Source: Amoebophrya sp. A120 (taxonomy: Eukaryota; Protista; Dinoflagellata). Taken from it: 64,000 nucleotides of DNA. Shown here one piece after another: positions 26,101 to 39,100 of this stretch. Location: NCBI GenBank assembly GCA_905178155.1, contig CAJINV010000005.1, positions 2,358,054-2,422,053 on the forward strand, read 5' to 3'. The number at the start of each line of letters is the position of its first letter. Position 1 is the stretch's first letter. A program made the position numbers and the translations under genes. The notes beneath the pieces are model-generated. The model ran no database searches, was not told the DNA's origin, and saw nothing but the letters and a program-made list of their open reading frames with translations.

Positions 26101-28477
26101 ACACAAGAACAGCTGCGGGTCGCAAACGAAGTCCGGGTACGAGCAGATCGCGAACTACTTCAAAACTAACGCGACGTACGGGGATTTTCAGTTCGGCATC
26201 GAAATCGTCGAGCGCGACGACGGGTCCCGAGTGCCCAAAGCGTATTTGGACCGGGTGGCAAACATCGAAACGGGAGGGGACAGAGACAGTGTTATGGTCG
26301 CCGGTGCTGGATCAACATTGGTAGGCACGCCAGCAGGAGGTGCAGCTGGGGGTGGTCCCCTGGCTGGTGCAGCTGCAACCACGCCGGGAGCGGCGAGTTC
26401 GGTGGCGGCGAGTAGCACTTTCGTGGAACAAACAGGCCGTGGTATCCTGAGTAAAAACGTACCCACACCAGAGTCAAGATGGGGAATCGGCTAGACAAAT
26501 CCACAAGTTTTGGCTGTTTTGCATGACAAATTTGGATTCGTAGTGTAGTGCTGTTTGAGCTAGCTCAGCAGCATCACAGATCTAGCATACCATGCTGATT
26601 GGAGCATGACAATTTGCAAAACACGACTAGAAAATGCTTCTCATGGAGCTCCGCATGAGAAACATTTTCAGCATGCGGATTTGCATTAGAGTGAGGTAAC
26701 AAACTAAATCTGGAACTTCGCGGTTGAGTTCTCATCCGGCCGGCGGCCGGATAAGAACTCAACCACACCACCGGCGGAATCCGGCCGGCCGACCCGGTTC
26801 TCTTCCCCCGTCCTCAACCGGTCGACCCACTCTTCTCCCCTGTCCGCCCCCGGGCCGAGTTGTTTCACTAGGGAAAAAGCCCCAGCTTTGTGATGCAAAG
26901 GTAGGCGGCAGCAGGCAAAGGCAGCGGAAAACGCCAAAACCCCAAAAGCAGCCGCGTGCGCTTTCTATTCTTTATCTGCGCGGCTATTTCCGCACGTGTT
27001 CTTACCATTTCACGCGGTTTGTGCTTTCTATTTTTCCTGCTTTGTCCTTCTGAGTTTGTACCTCCAGAAGCTCTATTCCATGCAAACGGAGCGACTGCGC
27101 TTTGCTTCCGCGCTACTACTACTAAGTAATAGAAGACACCACTTTGCTGCTACTGCGTTTTTTCTGGCTCTCGCAGCTTCGGGGCGCAGTGACAGCCCCC
27201 ATTTTTATCGACCACACCACGGCGCTGGCACTCGCGCGCCCTAGGCTATTGGCGTAGGCCGCCCGCTTCTGTCTCTGTCCAAATGCGGGGCCCCATAGGA
27301 ACAAGCATGGGGAGACAGACGGCACCGGCAGCACGCTGCTGCCGTCGGGGGTGGTCGAGTAGACCCCTGGCAGCAAGCGGGCAACCGCTGGAAGCGGGGA
27401 AACGCGGAAAGGGGGGAACCATGCCTCCGCTTTCAGCGGTGTTCCGCTCGGGCTCCCCACTTTCATTGGTTGCCCGCTCGCTGCCAGCGGTTGCCCGCCT
27501 TCAGCGGCCGCCCGCTTTCAGTGATTGCCTTCTGCCAGCGGTGGCTTGCCTTCTTTCAGCGGCTGAGCGTTTTCAGCCGCTGCCCGCTGCCACCGGTTGC
27601 CGCCTTTCAGTGGTTCTCCGCTTCCAGCGGTTCCTCCGCTTTAAGCGGCTTCCGGCTCGCTGCCAGCGGTTTATCGGTGGAACCACCTGAGACTCGACCA
27701 CCCCGGATGGAAGTAGAGGGCACACACCTAGAAGCGCAAAAAAAAAAGAAAGCGCAAACTGCATGAAATAGCGGCACAGATCAAGGCTAATCAATGAAAG
27801 CGCAAGTGCCTGCTTTACGGGTTTCGGCACTTTCCGCTGTCCTTGCATGACAAGGGTGGGACTTTTTGCATAGTGAAGCAACACGGCTCGGGGATGGGTG
27901 AGGGAGAAGAGTGGGTGGACCAATGGAGGAGGGAGGAAGAGGATCGATCCGGCAGGCCGGCCGGCCGGATACCGGTCCGCCGGCGATGAGGTTGAGTTCT
28001 CATCCGGCCACCGGCCGGATGAGAACTCAACCGCGAAGTTCCAGATTTAGTTTGTTACCCCGCTCTTACAACTCTGGTGTATGTTGGCAAAGTTGGTAGG
28101 AAATGAGGTTGATACTGTTGGCAAAAAATGTTGGTGGTTGGCAAAAAAGTTGGTTGGTGGCGAAAAGTTGGTTGTTTGCGAGTATAGTATGGAGCGGCCG
28201 GGAGATGATGGTGATGGCACTTCGGTGTCCGCCTGACCTACCCCCCCTGCGTGTCAAGCCATCTGCGGCCTGGGGCAGAGGGGGGGGCAAAGTGTGCTGC
28301 AATTCCTTTTAGCATTACAACTCTGGTGTGGGTACGTTTTTACTCAGGATACGTGGCGGTGGCGGTACCACAACGACCTCCATGCTGCGAAGCGTTTCGC
28401 CGTCGCAGAACAGAACCGGGATGCTCGCGGCGCGCGGTTACATCTCGCTCATCTGGCAAGAGAGTATAGATACCTAG
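23148..28477 (+). CDS. Hypothetical protein; 5' exon not located
   Basis: ORF pieces at 23187, 23732, 24081, 24540-25823, 26010-26442 and 28357-28477 join in frame after removing elements 23468, 24214 and 26443 and GT-AG introns (~23877-24080, ~25824-26009). No recognisable domain. Confidence 0.55.
23468..23726. mobile_element. Family A element, 259 bp
   Basis: A TIRs; repeat ctgcc/ccgcc. Confidence 0.92.
24214..24534. mobile_element. Family D element, 321 bp
   Basis: D TIRs; repeat gccga/accga. Confidence 0.92.
26689..28065. mobile_element. Non-autonomous foldback DNA transposon with TTA target duplication (PIF/Harbinger-like by TSD only)
   Basis: GAG...CTC termini; ~76-bp near-perfect TIR extending imperfectly for ~350 bp; tta at 26686-26688 and 28066-28068. 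Confidence 0.8.
27428..27672. repeat. Degenerate tandem repeat (cgctttcagcgg / ctgccagcgg units) in the centre of the foldback element
   Basis: More than 10 imperfect copies visible directly. Confidence 0.7.
28081..28311 (-). mobile_element. Short retroposon-like insertion with an 18-bp target duplication
   Basis: gcattacaactctggtgt is duplicated, with the left copy split by the foldback element. The minus-strand 3' end is a decayed (tttgccaac/ccaa) repeat. Confidence 0.6.
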
Positions 28478-30196
28478 CACGTTTTTTATCATGCCGGAAT
28501 TATTGTAGCTTATGCTTATGGTTATGCTCACATTTGCTTTTGCATACTACACCCCTTAGAACAAATCGAATCAATCATGCTCGATCTCCGATGTCTAGCA
28601 AAATTTATTTCAGATTGGGCCGCCTTTATGGGTCGGTTCATAGAAGGGCGGTTGGTCTACCGGCTGCCCGAATACGAAGAGGGTCCCAACCTGCGGTCCC
28701 GCGAGTACCACATCCGAGGCAGCGAGCCGATCCGCGTGCTATGCTGAGCAAAAGTATACTTACTTTTATACGGCACTCCTGCAACACCGCAATCTACGAG
28801 CCTCCTTTTCAACCGTAGCTTTTGTTTCCAGCAATACAACAAACTTCATGCTCTAGTACTTCGTGCGGTACGATTTGTAAACATTATGCGGTGTACTACA
28901 CTACTGGAGCTAAGTGCGGTAGAAGTTGTATTTTTGCGATGCATACGTTCGAGGGGACTACGAGTCCGTGCCGTTCGAAAACGTTTTTACGGATGGGATG
29001 GAGAAAATTAAGATCATGTGCGAGGGTGTGAACTGGAAAACCGCACCGCTGGACGAGAACAATCTGTCTGCCGTCGCGGGGAAGAAGCTGCGCAGGACAG
29101 TGTGAGAACGAAGCACAGTTGCTGCTGTACTACACGAGGACAGTGTGGTCGCGGACGTCGGCGCTGGTTCTACTACATAAGAAAAATGTACTACGCGAAG
29201 ATGATGCGTTGTGCCGGAAAACTTTCAGCTGAATGTCAAGTTCTGCTTCGTAGAGAAAATGAATCCTCACTTTTAGTATAATCCATTGAAATACTCGAGC
29301 CTATTCGAACAAATTTATGATGATGATGCAAAAATAAACGTAAGCCTGTTCTCTGCATCACCTGCAGTGTACGTAGTTGGTTGACGTAACAAGCCCTCTC
29401 TGTACATGTGTATACGAAGTCATTTTCCACTTTCAAACCTTTTCTTTTGCAGCGCGCAATGGGGAGGCGGCGCTTTGATAAAACCCCCCTTGAAAGGAAA
29501 ATCCTGTGCATTTTTCCACGGGCTTAGATAAACGTTGACGTGCACCTTTTGCTCCTATAACCAGGTCTTTTGCCATATCATTGTCGCACCTGCATGACAC
29601 GGGCTCAACTCTTTTCATAACGCACCATCGAAACAAATCTGGAACACAAACTTCGCAGAATTTCAACTCACGCAGAATTATCCCATGAAAGTTGATGCAG
29701 CCCTTCCTGGCCGCGTCTCGAAGATTTCAGAAAAAACGTAGCGGGATGGCGAGTTCTTGGGGGGGGGGGGCCGAAGTGGGTTCCCTGCTTGTCTGGGACC
29801 GGGAGAAGAGATTTGTCTGTGTTGCTGTCATGTCATGAAGATGTTCTTCCTCACGAGCAGAGCGCATGGAGAGACAAGAGAGCGAATGCAGAGGCACGGA
29901 ACGTATTCCAAGAACACAAGCATCAAGATGCTGATAGGGTCGAGTTCTGAAACTCGTAGATAATATTAAGGAGCGGCATTCTTAAAAGCGTTCCTTTTTC
30001 CCGGGATTTTGCATTTGCTTTTTTTGTTTTCTGCCGTGACTCAAGATCAAGAACAAACATCGAAAAGGCCTATGATCGAAGAAGCTTAGTACCACGGCCC
30101 GGGAAAAAACCTTCTTCTGCCGTTGATCCTATGGTCGCAGAAGATTTTCCCGCGCCGGCCCATGCTCGACGCTGTGTCCACTTCTCGTGCCACTGA

Positions 30197-33100
30197 ATGA
30201 CAAGATGTTGCAGTAAGCACGCAAGGATGCGGAAGCGCGCGCGGCCGCTTCCGCGTCGGCAGGAATGCGCGGCTCTGCTGCTGTCGTGGTCACCAGCATT
30301 AGCGTTATTCGACGGGACTACCATAGCCGCACAATGGGTCCCGCCGCACTTCGGGGACCTCGCGACGTTACACGTGAACGCACCGGACCAAGCGGCCAGG
30401 GTTCACCTGCAGAAAAACGAACAGAGCATTGTGCAGGCCGTGCAGAACCACTTTGGAGAAGATCTTGGTACTAGACAGGAGGCTGGTGTTGATTTCTCTG
30501 CTGCAGCGCGGAGAAGTAGCCCCACGATAATTCTTGGGGATAGAAGTGCTGCTGCTATCACGGGTTACGACAACTATGGGTCATCGAATCCGTACTTTGG
30601 ACGGCAAAGTATAGCTCCTGGACGAGTCACAACAACATCCACGCACGAGGACAATCTCTCTTCGAGGCAGCATGGCACGGAACTTCTGCAGGTTTCCCGC
30701 TCGGCGGCTCTGGAGCAGGCGGTCAGTGGAGCAAATTCGCAAATGCTGTCCACCGGTGCGCTGGCACTGGAAGGAGGGGGCACTGTACAACAGCAAAGCG
30801 GACAACAGGAAGGAAGCCAAGAATTGCTGGAAAAAACGTTCGGTGCCAGGAGAACGAATGCAGCACAGCAGCAGCTGCAACCGGCTGCAGCGGCAGGGGC
30901 AGGAACAGCAGCTGCAGGAACAGCTCCGGCCGCCACCGCTGCTGCCGCTCCCACCGGCGCCGCGGCGGCGGCGGCGAATAACCCACTGATAGCGCCGACC
31001 AACCCGACGAACCCAACGAAGGACATGATGGTGTACTACAACCGCGGCATGGGGTGGCAATGCCCCTCGCGCGAAACCGTTACCTCAGCCGAGGAGTGCG
31101 ACGTGGCGGCAACGAAACTGGGGCTGGACAGATTCTATGCGATAGAAAATTCATATCCTCGCTCGTCCTGGTAGCAAAACTTGCATGGCCAATTTGACTC
31201 TATTATTTTCTTTTCCAACCGTGTTGGTGTTTCTAGTAGAAGTGGAAATTATGCAATTTTTTCATTGCAAATCCCGACAGCAAGAACTGCTTCTGCTACG
31301 TCTACGAGTGCGATATTACTTTTGTACTGGATAGCTTTGTCGCGGAAATGGCCTCGGTGGACGATCCTTTAGGGTTTCCGACTGGGTGTTTGTACGACGC
31401 GGGGAAGAGAATCCTGTTGTTCAACCCCGGCACGGACATCGGCGGAACGAACGGCACCGCCGTGGTGCACAACGTGCAGGGGGTGGGGTCCCAAACCCCC
31501 GCGATGCAATTGTCGAAGCAGCAGACCGGCGGATTCACCCCGGCGTTGGACTTGCGATTCCAAACGATTTGCAAAACCCTGTTTCCGGACAACCGCTTAC
31601 CGAACTTGAAGGACGATGTGGTGTTGAACATTGACTTGTCGTCCAAAGCGCACCTGATCTGCGGTGATGAAGTTGCGATCCAGAAATTGAGAACGCTTCT
31701 CGTCGACGAACAGGGGATCCCGGCACAGAATCTCCGGGTGACCTGCCACAAACTGGCAAATTCGGGCGGCGAGTTCAAGCAGACGATGCAGGATTTAACG
31801 CTCGACGTGGCGGACCAACTCGGGTTCGTCTGCAGTTCTGCCGTCCGCGACGACTTCAAGAAAGCCTATGCAACCGCCATCGGGGTGTCGCCGTCGCAGG
31901 TGCAAATCGCCGCGGTGACCACGGCGAACGGGTACGTTTACGATCCGGTCTTGGACAGCTGCAGACGGGAAGACCAAGTCACCGGGCCGAGCGGGATCAC
32001 GCCAGCAAACGCCTTTGGAGCGAGTTTGCTGCAGGAGTCGGTCCGGAGTGGAAGGGGAAACAACAATAATTTTCGCGAAGGACCACGAACATCCTCAACT
32101 GGAGTAGATAGTGATTCCAAACTGGTTTCCATGGAGGAATCCGGGAAGAAAAATAGGCTGATGGCACAACTCCAAGAATTGCTGCAGGGAAAAGGGTTGA
32201 TGAGCGGTGGAACAACAAGCACAAAAAATGGCGAAAAGAGTACCAGCTTGCTGGAAGTGGAGAGAAAACAGAAGGAAAACGACCAGAAGCAAATCCTGGT
32301 GAAGGAAGCCCGGGTCCAAGGGCGCGGAGAAGCGAAGATTTCCATGAAGGTCACCACCGGAAAAGACGCGGAGCCGCATTTGTCGGTGGAGAAATTTTTG
32401 CAGATCGTGAAGCCGAAAGACATCTCCCTAGTCCATTACTCCGCCCTGGGAAACGACTGCGGGATTAACGGGAGCTGTAACACCGGGCAGTTTTGCTTCC
32501 AATCCGCGGACAGAAGTGTACGGAACTGCAGAATGTGCGAACCCTTCATGCCGACGGGGTGCGGTACAGGGAGTTCGTCGGTTCAGCACGGGTTCGTCGT
32601 AAACGCCATGTCTCCGTGGGCGGAAAACCAGTGCCAGAAATTTTGCCTGAGTCCGGAGCAGAGTGCGACTATGCTAACAGGAGCCACGATGGGGCGACCT
32701 GATTATGCGGGTGACAACATGATCGGCGGTAGTTTGCTTCCCGCTTCCGCTGGAGCCGCTACTGCGTCAGGTAACCGTCCCTCTATGGCCTTACTGCAGA
32801 CCGGGTTTCTGGCATCGAGGACGAATGTTGATGAGAATTTAGACCGGCGAAACGCAGGTAAGATTCTTTGTGTGGTATTTTCCCGATAGTTTGGTGACTG
32901 CTGCGAGATGAAAGCAATTGAGTTTGATGTTTCCTTGCACCTTGACGCACTTTAGTGGACAGATTTGATGATGTTGATGTGGGGTGATTGAAATAAGTAC
33001 GATGGATAGAAGACGAGCAAGTGCAAGCATGTTCAACAAATAGAATGCAACGAACTAGAAGCAGGCTTACTTCTTCGCAAACTAGGTCTCCTGTGCGACG

Positions 33101-36100
33101 AGACTCCCTGTGCGAATGGGTATTTTTGCGGCCACCAAGTGGACCTGCAGTATCCGAAGTGTGAGAAGTGCGGACCGCTGTGCTCCTCTATCGCAAGAAA
33201 AAACTGCTTCACTGGAAACTTGTAATGCAGAAAATTTATCTCAGAAGTGTAAGTGTTTGTCTTGCTACACGTGCAAGACAATGGAACTTTAGCTGTGTTT
33301 TCCCTCGGAAATCTCGCATGGCAAATTTTCTCTGTCATGCAGAACAAACCTTTGATGCAAAACTTGCAAAATCTTTACAGTGACACACTTTTTTCGTTCT
33401 ATATCCTCGTTTCTCGGGCTATTGCCAAGGGGGTACTCCTCTTGCGAAGCGAGCTGCAGTGGTACTGGTACCTCCGCGATGTTGAAGCGGAATGGTAAAA
33501 AGAATGACGATATCATAGCACTGCCAACGACAAGTTTTCTGCAGCAAGGGAACCGCGTTGAGTCGTCACGACCTGCACGAGGAACAAGAGAGGGCCCTCC
33601 TGCAGCTCCAGCATCTTCTTCGTCGTCCGAAAGATCTACTTTCTCGAAGGCGATAGATGCAGCTCCGGCCTTTTCATCGAGCAGTAGTAGAACAACCACA
33701 AGGCCGCTCGTTCTGTTGCAGGTGGGCAGTAGGAAGGAGAGGATGCTGGTGGGCCGCAAAAATAAAAACACTTGGTTTTACAACACGAATCCAAAAGAAG
33801 TACCTCCAGCTATTAAGGCGGATGAAGTACTTCTATTTTCAAACGCGGATTCCGCTGAAGGTGCCGGTGACCCAGCGCACGAAGATGTCGTCCCGGAGCA
33901 AGAGTCCAACTTCGAAACTTCGGACGAAAATAAAGCCCCGATAGTGCCACCTGTGAAAGATTCGGCTGGAGGTACAACTCCAACTGCTAGTGAAGACCAA
34001 AAAGATGGAGACGCTGCTGACTCAACGCACGATGCGCGGGAGCAGAAGTTTAACAACATTTACGAAAACGAGAACTGGAGCAGCGCAGGCGGCGGCTCCG
34101 GTCCGGGCAGCACCGTGAACGCAACGGCCGGGCTGCGGGAGCAGTTGCACACGATCATCAAAGAAAGGAACATCGACATAATGCTGGACGTCCCCTGTGG
34201 GGCCATGGAATGGACGTCGGTCTTTTTGCGCGAGGTTTGGAAATACAAGAAGGATTTTCAATACGTCGGCATCGACATCGCGGACACGCCCCTCGACGAA
34301 GCGAAAGCCCGGTTTTCCGCGGCAGAAAGCGGCAACAATATCCAGTTGATGCAGGCGGATTTGTCCTTGCGAGCACCGGCTAACGCGGGCCTCTTGGAGA
34401 AAATCGGGGCCGCCTTGGCGACCGCGGAAGGAAGAGTAAAGGGAAAGAATGCGCTCGCACTAACCAGGGACGCGGTGCAGCACTTGTCCTTAAAGTCCGC
34501 GTGTCAGCTATTAGAATGAAAAATGCCCCCACCCCCGAACTTGGGAGCATTTGTATTGCAAACCTTTCCAAATGAAACATTCGCCCTCTTGCATCTATCA
34601 GCATCACAGGTTTCCAATCGTGAATAGCAAAAGTTTGCATTGCAAAAGACCCCAGGAAGAGCGGAGCTTGTCATGCAAGCGATGCGATACACATACACGC
34701 CTAGACTCTGCATCAGAAAGATTCATACTCCTTTCATGCATGACAAAAAGTTTTCATTTCGAAACTTCGCATCACAAATTTTTGCAATTTTGGGGGTGGG
34801 GGCATTTTTCACTGTAATATCAGCTCGTGGAGAACATCCGGGACGCCACGGTCACGAAGAGCCACAAGCTTGATACCTGGTTTATGGCGTTCTCAACTGT
34901 TACATCCTCAACTGCTACATGGGTTTGTGATGCAAGAACGGCAACAGTGAAAGAGGGGACCTTGCGCGTCTTGCGTGACAGATGTGGCACAGATTCTCAG
35001 CCTGTTGGGCTCTACAACTTCGAGAATTTGTAATGCGAAGCAGCTTGACCTTGATCGTGTCGATTCTGATTGCAATCTTGCATGACAAATCATGTAACAG
35101 TTGAGAATGTAACACTTGAGAACGCCATTGGGTTGATAGGCCACTATCCGAAAGGGAACAATACTGTATAGACTTTTATTTGCGCGTTGTGAGGACTACA
35201 TTTTCGTGAAACAAATAGTTATCGGCTTCATGCTTATTTTCATATTCATATTCATATTCCTACCGTGTCGACGTTGGGCAAGTGTTTTGTAATCTTGATG
35301 AAAGAATTGGAACTCGGTTGAAATAACTTTGCACATTTTTTGGGTCCTCGTCATCGTAGTGTAGAAGAAGTGGTCATACGGACTAAGTGATCGTTCAGAC
35401 AAAGTTGCGGGCGGTTTCAAGACTACGACCATTCATAACCCCATGATCTACATCCCAGGAAGCCGCTGTGGACGGCGGCCAAATATTGAACAACATGTTG
35501 GAGTGGCCGTACAAGATGGGCGAGCCAGAACTCCTGTTGCGGGAACGAGGGATTCCTGTTGGCGAGCAAACAAAATGGGAAGCAGTATACCGGCCCTGGG
35601 AGGATTGGAAAGCCGCGAACTTTCAGGCCTGTTCCACTGGTATCTCGCTGCAGAGTTTCTTGCAGACTTTTTCGAGGTTGGCGGAAGGTACGACGAGTAG
35701 AAAAACACAAGAACCTCCTGCTCCCCCAGTCGTTCTTTTGCAAGTGCAGAGTCGGAGGAAGCAAAAAAATATCGATGCTGACGCAGAAATCATGCGAAGA
35801 AGTAAGGCTGCCGCTGAAGCAGAAAACGCCGACGAAGCTGGGGAGGCACAGGTCGCATCACAGCAGGAATTGCACGGGGACATAAACCAACGCAGAAGTG
35901 ATCCCTGTCGCGAGTGGGATTCTTCACAGAAGATGGATTTCGAGGTGAGTGAAGCCACGTTTTGTCAACTTGCATAACTACGTAAGAACGTAAATACATC
36001 AGCGCGTTTGGTACTTTTGCTTTTGGGCACGCGCACGAATTTCGAACTCAACACCTCTGTGCTCCTGATGTTCCGTGTACGAAATAAAGCGCAAGAACAT

Positions 36101-39100
36101 CTATCTGGTAATAAATCTGAAAATTTTTTTTACCAACAGATGACAGACCGGTTTATTCAACATCGCAAAAGTTCTTTTTAATAAATGACAGACCGGTAGT
36201 TTTTCGAATGCGCAGAAGATTACTGGAAGTGCACAACTGGAGGCGCCAGCCTGCTACCCCTCCGCAATCCAGATGATGGTGCGTGAGCAGCTGTCGCAGC
36301 ACTTCGGCCTCTGCCCGGACCAGGTCAGGGTGGATCCGGAGGTGTCCTGTGCGGAGCAAGCGCTGGAAAGCCGCGGGGACGCGCAACCGGTGACGGTCGG
36401 CTACACGATATTCGGGGCGGACGAAAAGCAATTGGAACATCTGCGGGAGCTAAAAGCGGGGGAGATTGACATTTCCAGTACGGGAAGTGGCATCAAAGCG
36501 TTAAAGTTCACTCAGGAGGTAGAAGTAGCGAGGATGAATCCACCAGCAAGAACTAACCCTGTTGCATTGAAATCTTCCTCCAAAATCGAAGCCGCATTAG
36601 AGCGGAAGAGCGAAGCCGATCTGACTAGGAATGTCGCCGCGGATAATGATATCCCAGCGGGGGAAGTGGATATGGTCAAGCTAGAAGAGGCGTCGGCTGG
36701 TGGTCAGCGGGGCAGTGAGGTACCGAGGGAGAAAAACACAGTGTCAGCCGCTGAGGCACGGGATGTAGAAGCAGCGGAAAAGAAGCCACAAGTACTGTTC
36801 GGACGGAAAGTTGCGGATACACCAGAAGCGGGCACGGTTTCGGCCAAGGAAGGTACTATGCCTTGATTTTTGAGATCCGTCGGCTGCCCGTCTGTCAAAT
36901 TCTGCTTTTCTTTGGACTATGCTTTCTAGTCACTACGAACAATAAAAACTCTCTCAACAAGGTGTGCAGCTCAACAACGTGCGGGAAACCACTTCAAGCG
37001 ACCAGTCGAAAGCGTCCGCTTCACCTACCATGTCCGCGACCACCTTTGACGTCGGCGTTACCGCGGAGAAGAAATTGATGTCTTCCAACGTTATGGCCAA
37101 CACCCCGTCCCCGACGTTGAAGATCATTCCGCAGCAGACCGAGGTCACGGGGCCGACTCTCACCCCCACCACGAAACAGTTTGACACAGAAGCAAAGGCC
37201 AAGCCGGTGGATAAAATGACGGTGAAGGCAACACCGAACACGGAGTCCGCCACGGTGAATCTGAACCCCGATGTGCAGAAGGCAGGAAGCGTGTCTGTAA
37301 AGCCGGAAACGAAGAAATTCCAAATCGACTCGGTAACTCCAAATTCGAAGCAATTGAAAACGGAAGCGACGCCAGACTCGGAAAAGTTCAAGGCCGACGC
37401 AACGCCCACGACAAAAACGTATGCCGCGGAAGCAACGGCGGGGAGTAAGTCCATGGACGTCCCAGCCGCACCGCGACAAGAGACGTTCGATTCGATAAAG
37501 CTGAAACCCTATGCAGTGCAAATGTATCGTACTCGTAGTATTGCAATACAAATTCGCTCAGCACGACAAATGGAATTTCTCATGCTGAATTAGCTTGAAC
37601 AAGAAATTTGTCTTGCATGACTGCGATTTATTAGTACAAGTACGATACTTTTGCACAGGATAAACCCAAGGAAAAAACCATGAAGACCGTGATCACCAGC
37701 ACGTCGAAAAAAATCCAGTCGGAAATCGCCAGCCGGTCCGCGTCCGCGAACTTTCACGTGAAAGCGGCCCCCACGAAAATTGACATCCGCATCGAAATAT
37801 GCATTGCAAATAAACTATCGTACTAGTAGAAATCGCATGACAAATTTTGGCAAGTGGAAAGTTGGAGACTGTCATGCGGATTCAGGTAGAAAACGAAAAA
37901 CCTGATTTTTCATGCATAGTTGCAATTACTTTTACTACGAGTGCGATACTTTTGCGATGCATACGAGAGAGCGCCAGCGCAGGTGATGAAACTAAACGCG
38001 ACGCAGGACGGGAAGCAGGTCACGAACTTCAATGTGACGAAACCAGGGCAACAAGACCAAGGCCAAACCCAAGGAAGCCAGGCGAACAACGCGACGACCG
38101 GAGCTAGTGCAAGCGGAAATAACCAGACCGCAGCAGGCGGATCTACTTCTGACGAGCCAATCGTGGGGGCCGACGGCGAAACCCCGGCGCCGAACATCCC
38201 GAACATCATCGTTCCCAACCCCGCACCGAAAGACGTTTCGCTCGACCCCGAGGTTGCGGACGACGGGGCGGCAGCGTTGAAGCCGCCGATGTATCCTGAG
38301 TAAAAACGTACCCACGCCAGAGTTGTAATGCAGATTTGCAAAGACAGGAAGACTTGTAATGCGCATCCGCATGAGAGCCATTTCCAATCGTGTTTTGGAA
38401 TTTGTGATGCTGTGAACAGGATGAGCAGATGAGTCTGTGACGCGGCTGCACTTGCTAACCTGCACTGCGCTGCGGCGTGCGACTTGTCATGCGTGACTCA
38501 CAAACCTCCTAGGTTTGTGTTGCAAAATCCCCATCCTGACTCTGGTGTGGGTACGTTTTTACTCAGGATGCGATGGAATACAGGATCAGTGCCAAAGTGG
38601 TAGCGAAGCTGCAGATTCCGTCGAGCACGACCTGTGGAGCGGTGGTGGACGCGTTGTCGAAGGATAAATTGTCCAGCGACATCATCAACGCAGGCGATTT
38701 GCGGGAGGATTCGAAAGTAGAGATTATGGGCGCGACCTGTTTGGGCGAGAGTGGTGGTGACGCGGAGGCGGCGCTGCTGGTTGGAAAAAGTAGGGAATTC
38801 TTGGGGACGAGTACTACGAGTGGTTCTTCTGGTGCGATGAAGAAGGTAAAAGCGGTAAAGAAGATGGAAGAGGCATTGAGCAAGCTGGAACAGGTCGACA
38901 TCGAGAAAAATGTAGGAGCTGCTGTTGATGTAGTAGTCCCGACCGCGCCGGTCAAGACTGGAGATGAAGGTACAAAAAACGCCGAAAGAGGAACAACAAC
39001 AAACAGTGGCACGACGGACGATGAAAGCACGAAGCTGAACGAATTAGCCCGGGTTTTTTCCTCCGGAGAAGAATCAACAACAGAAATAACGAGGCAACAG

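Larger units (their letters stand above)
26443..28351. mobile_element. Family B1 element in reverse orientation, expanded to 1909 bp by two nested insertions
   Basis: Perfect B TIRs; direct repeat cgtgg; body is the reverse complement of 57793-58072. Confidence 0.93.

Noticed and set aside
28480-30196. Possible gene or element in the intergenic stretch
   Set aside because: Only scattered weak 9-mer-like words and short ORFs, with no paired ends or direct repeat found.
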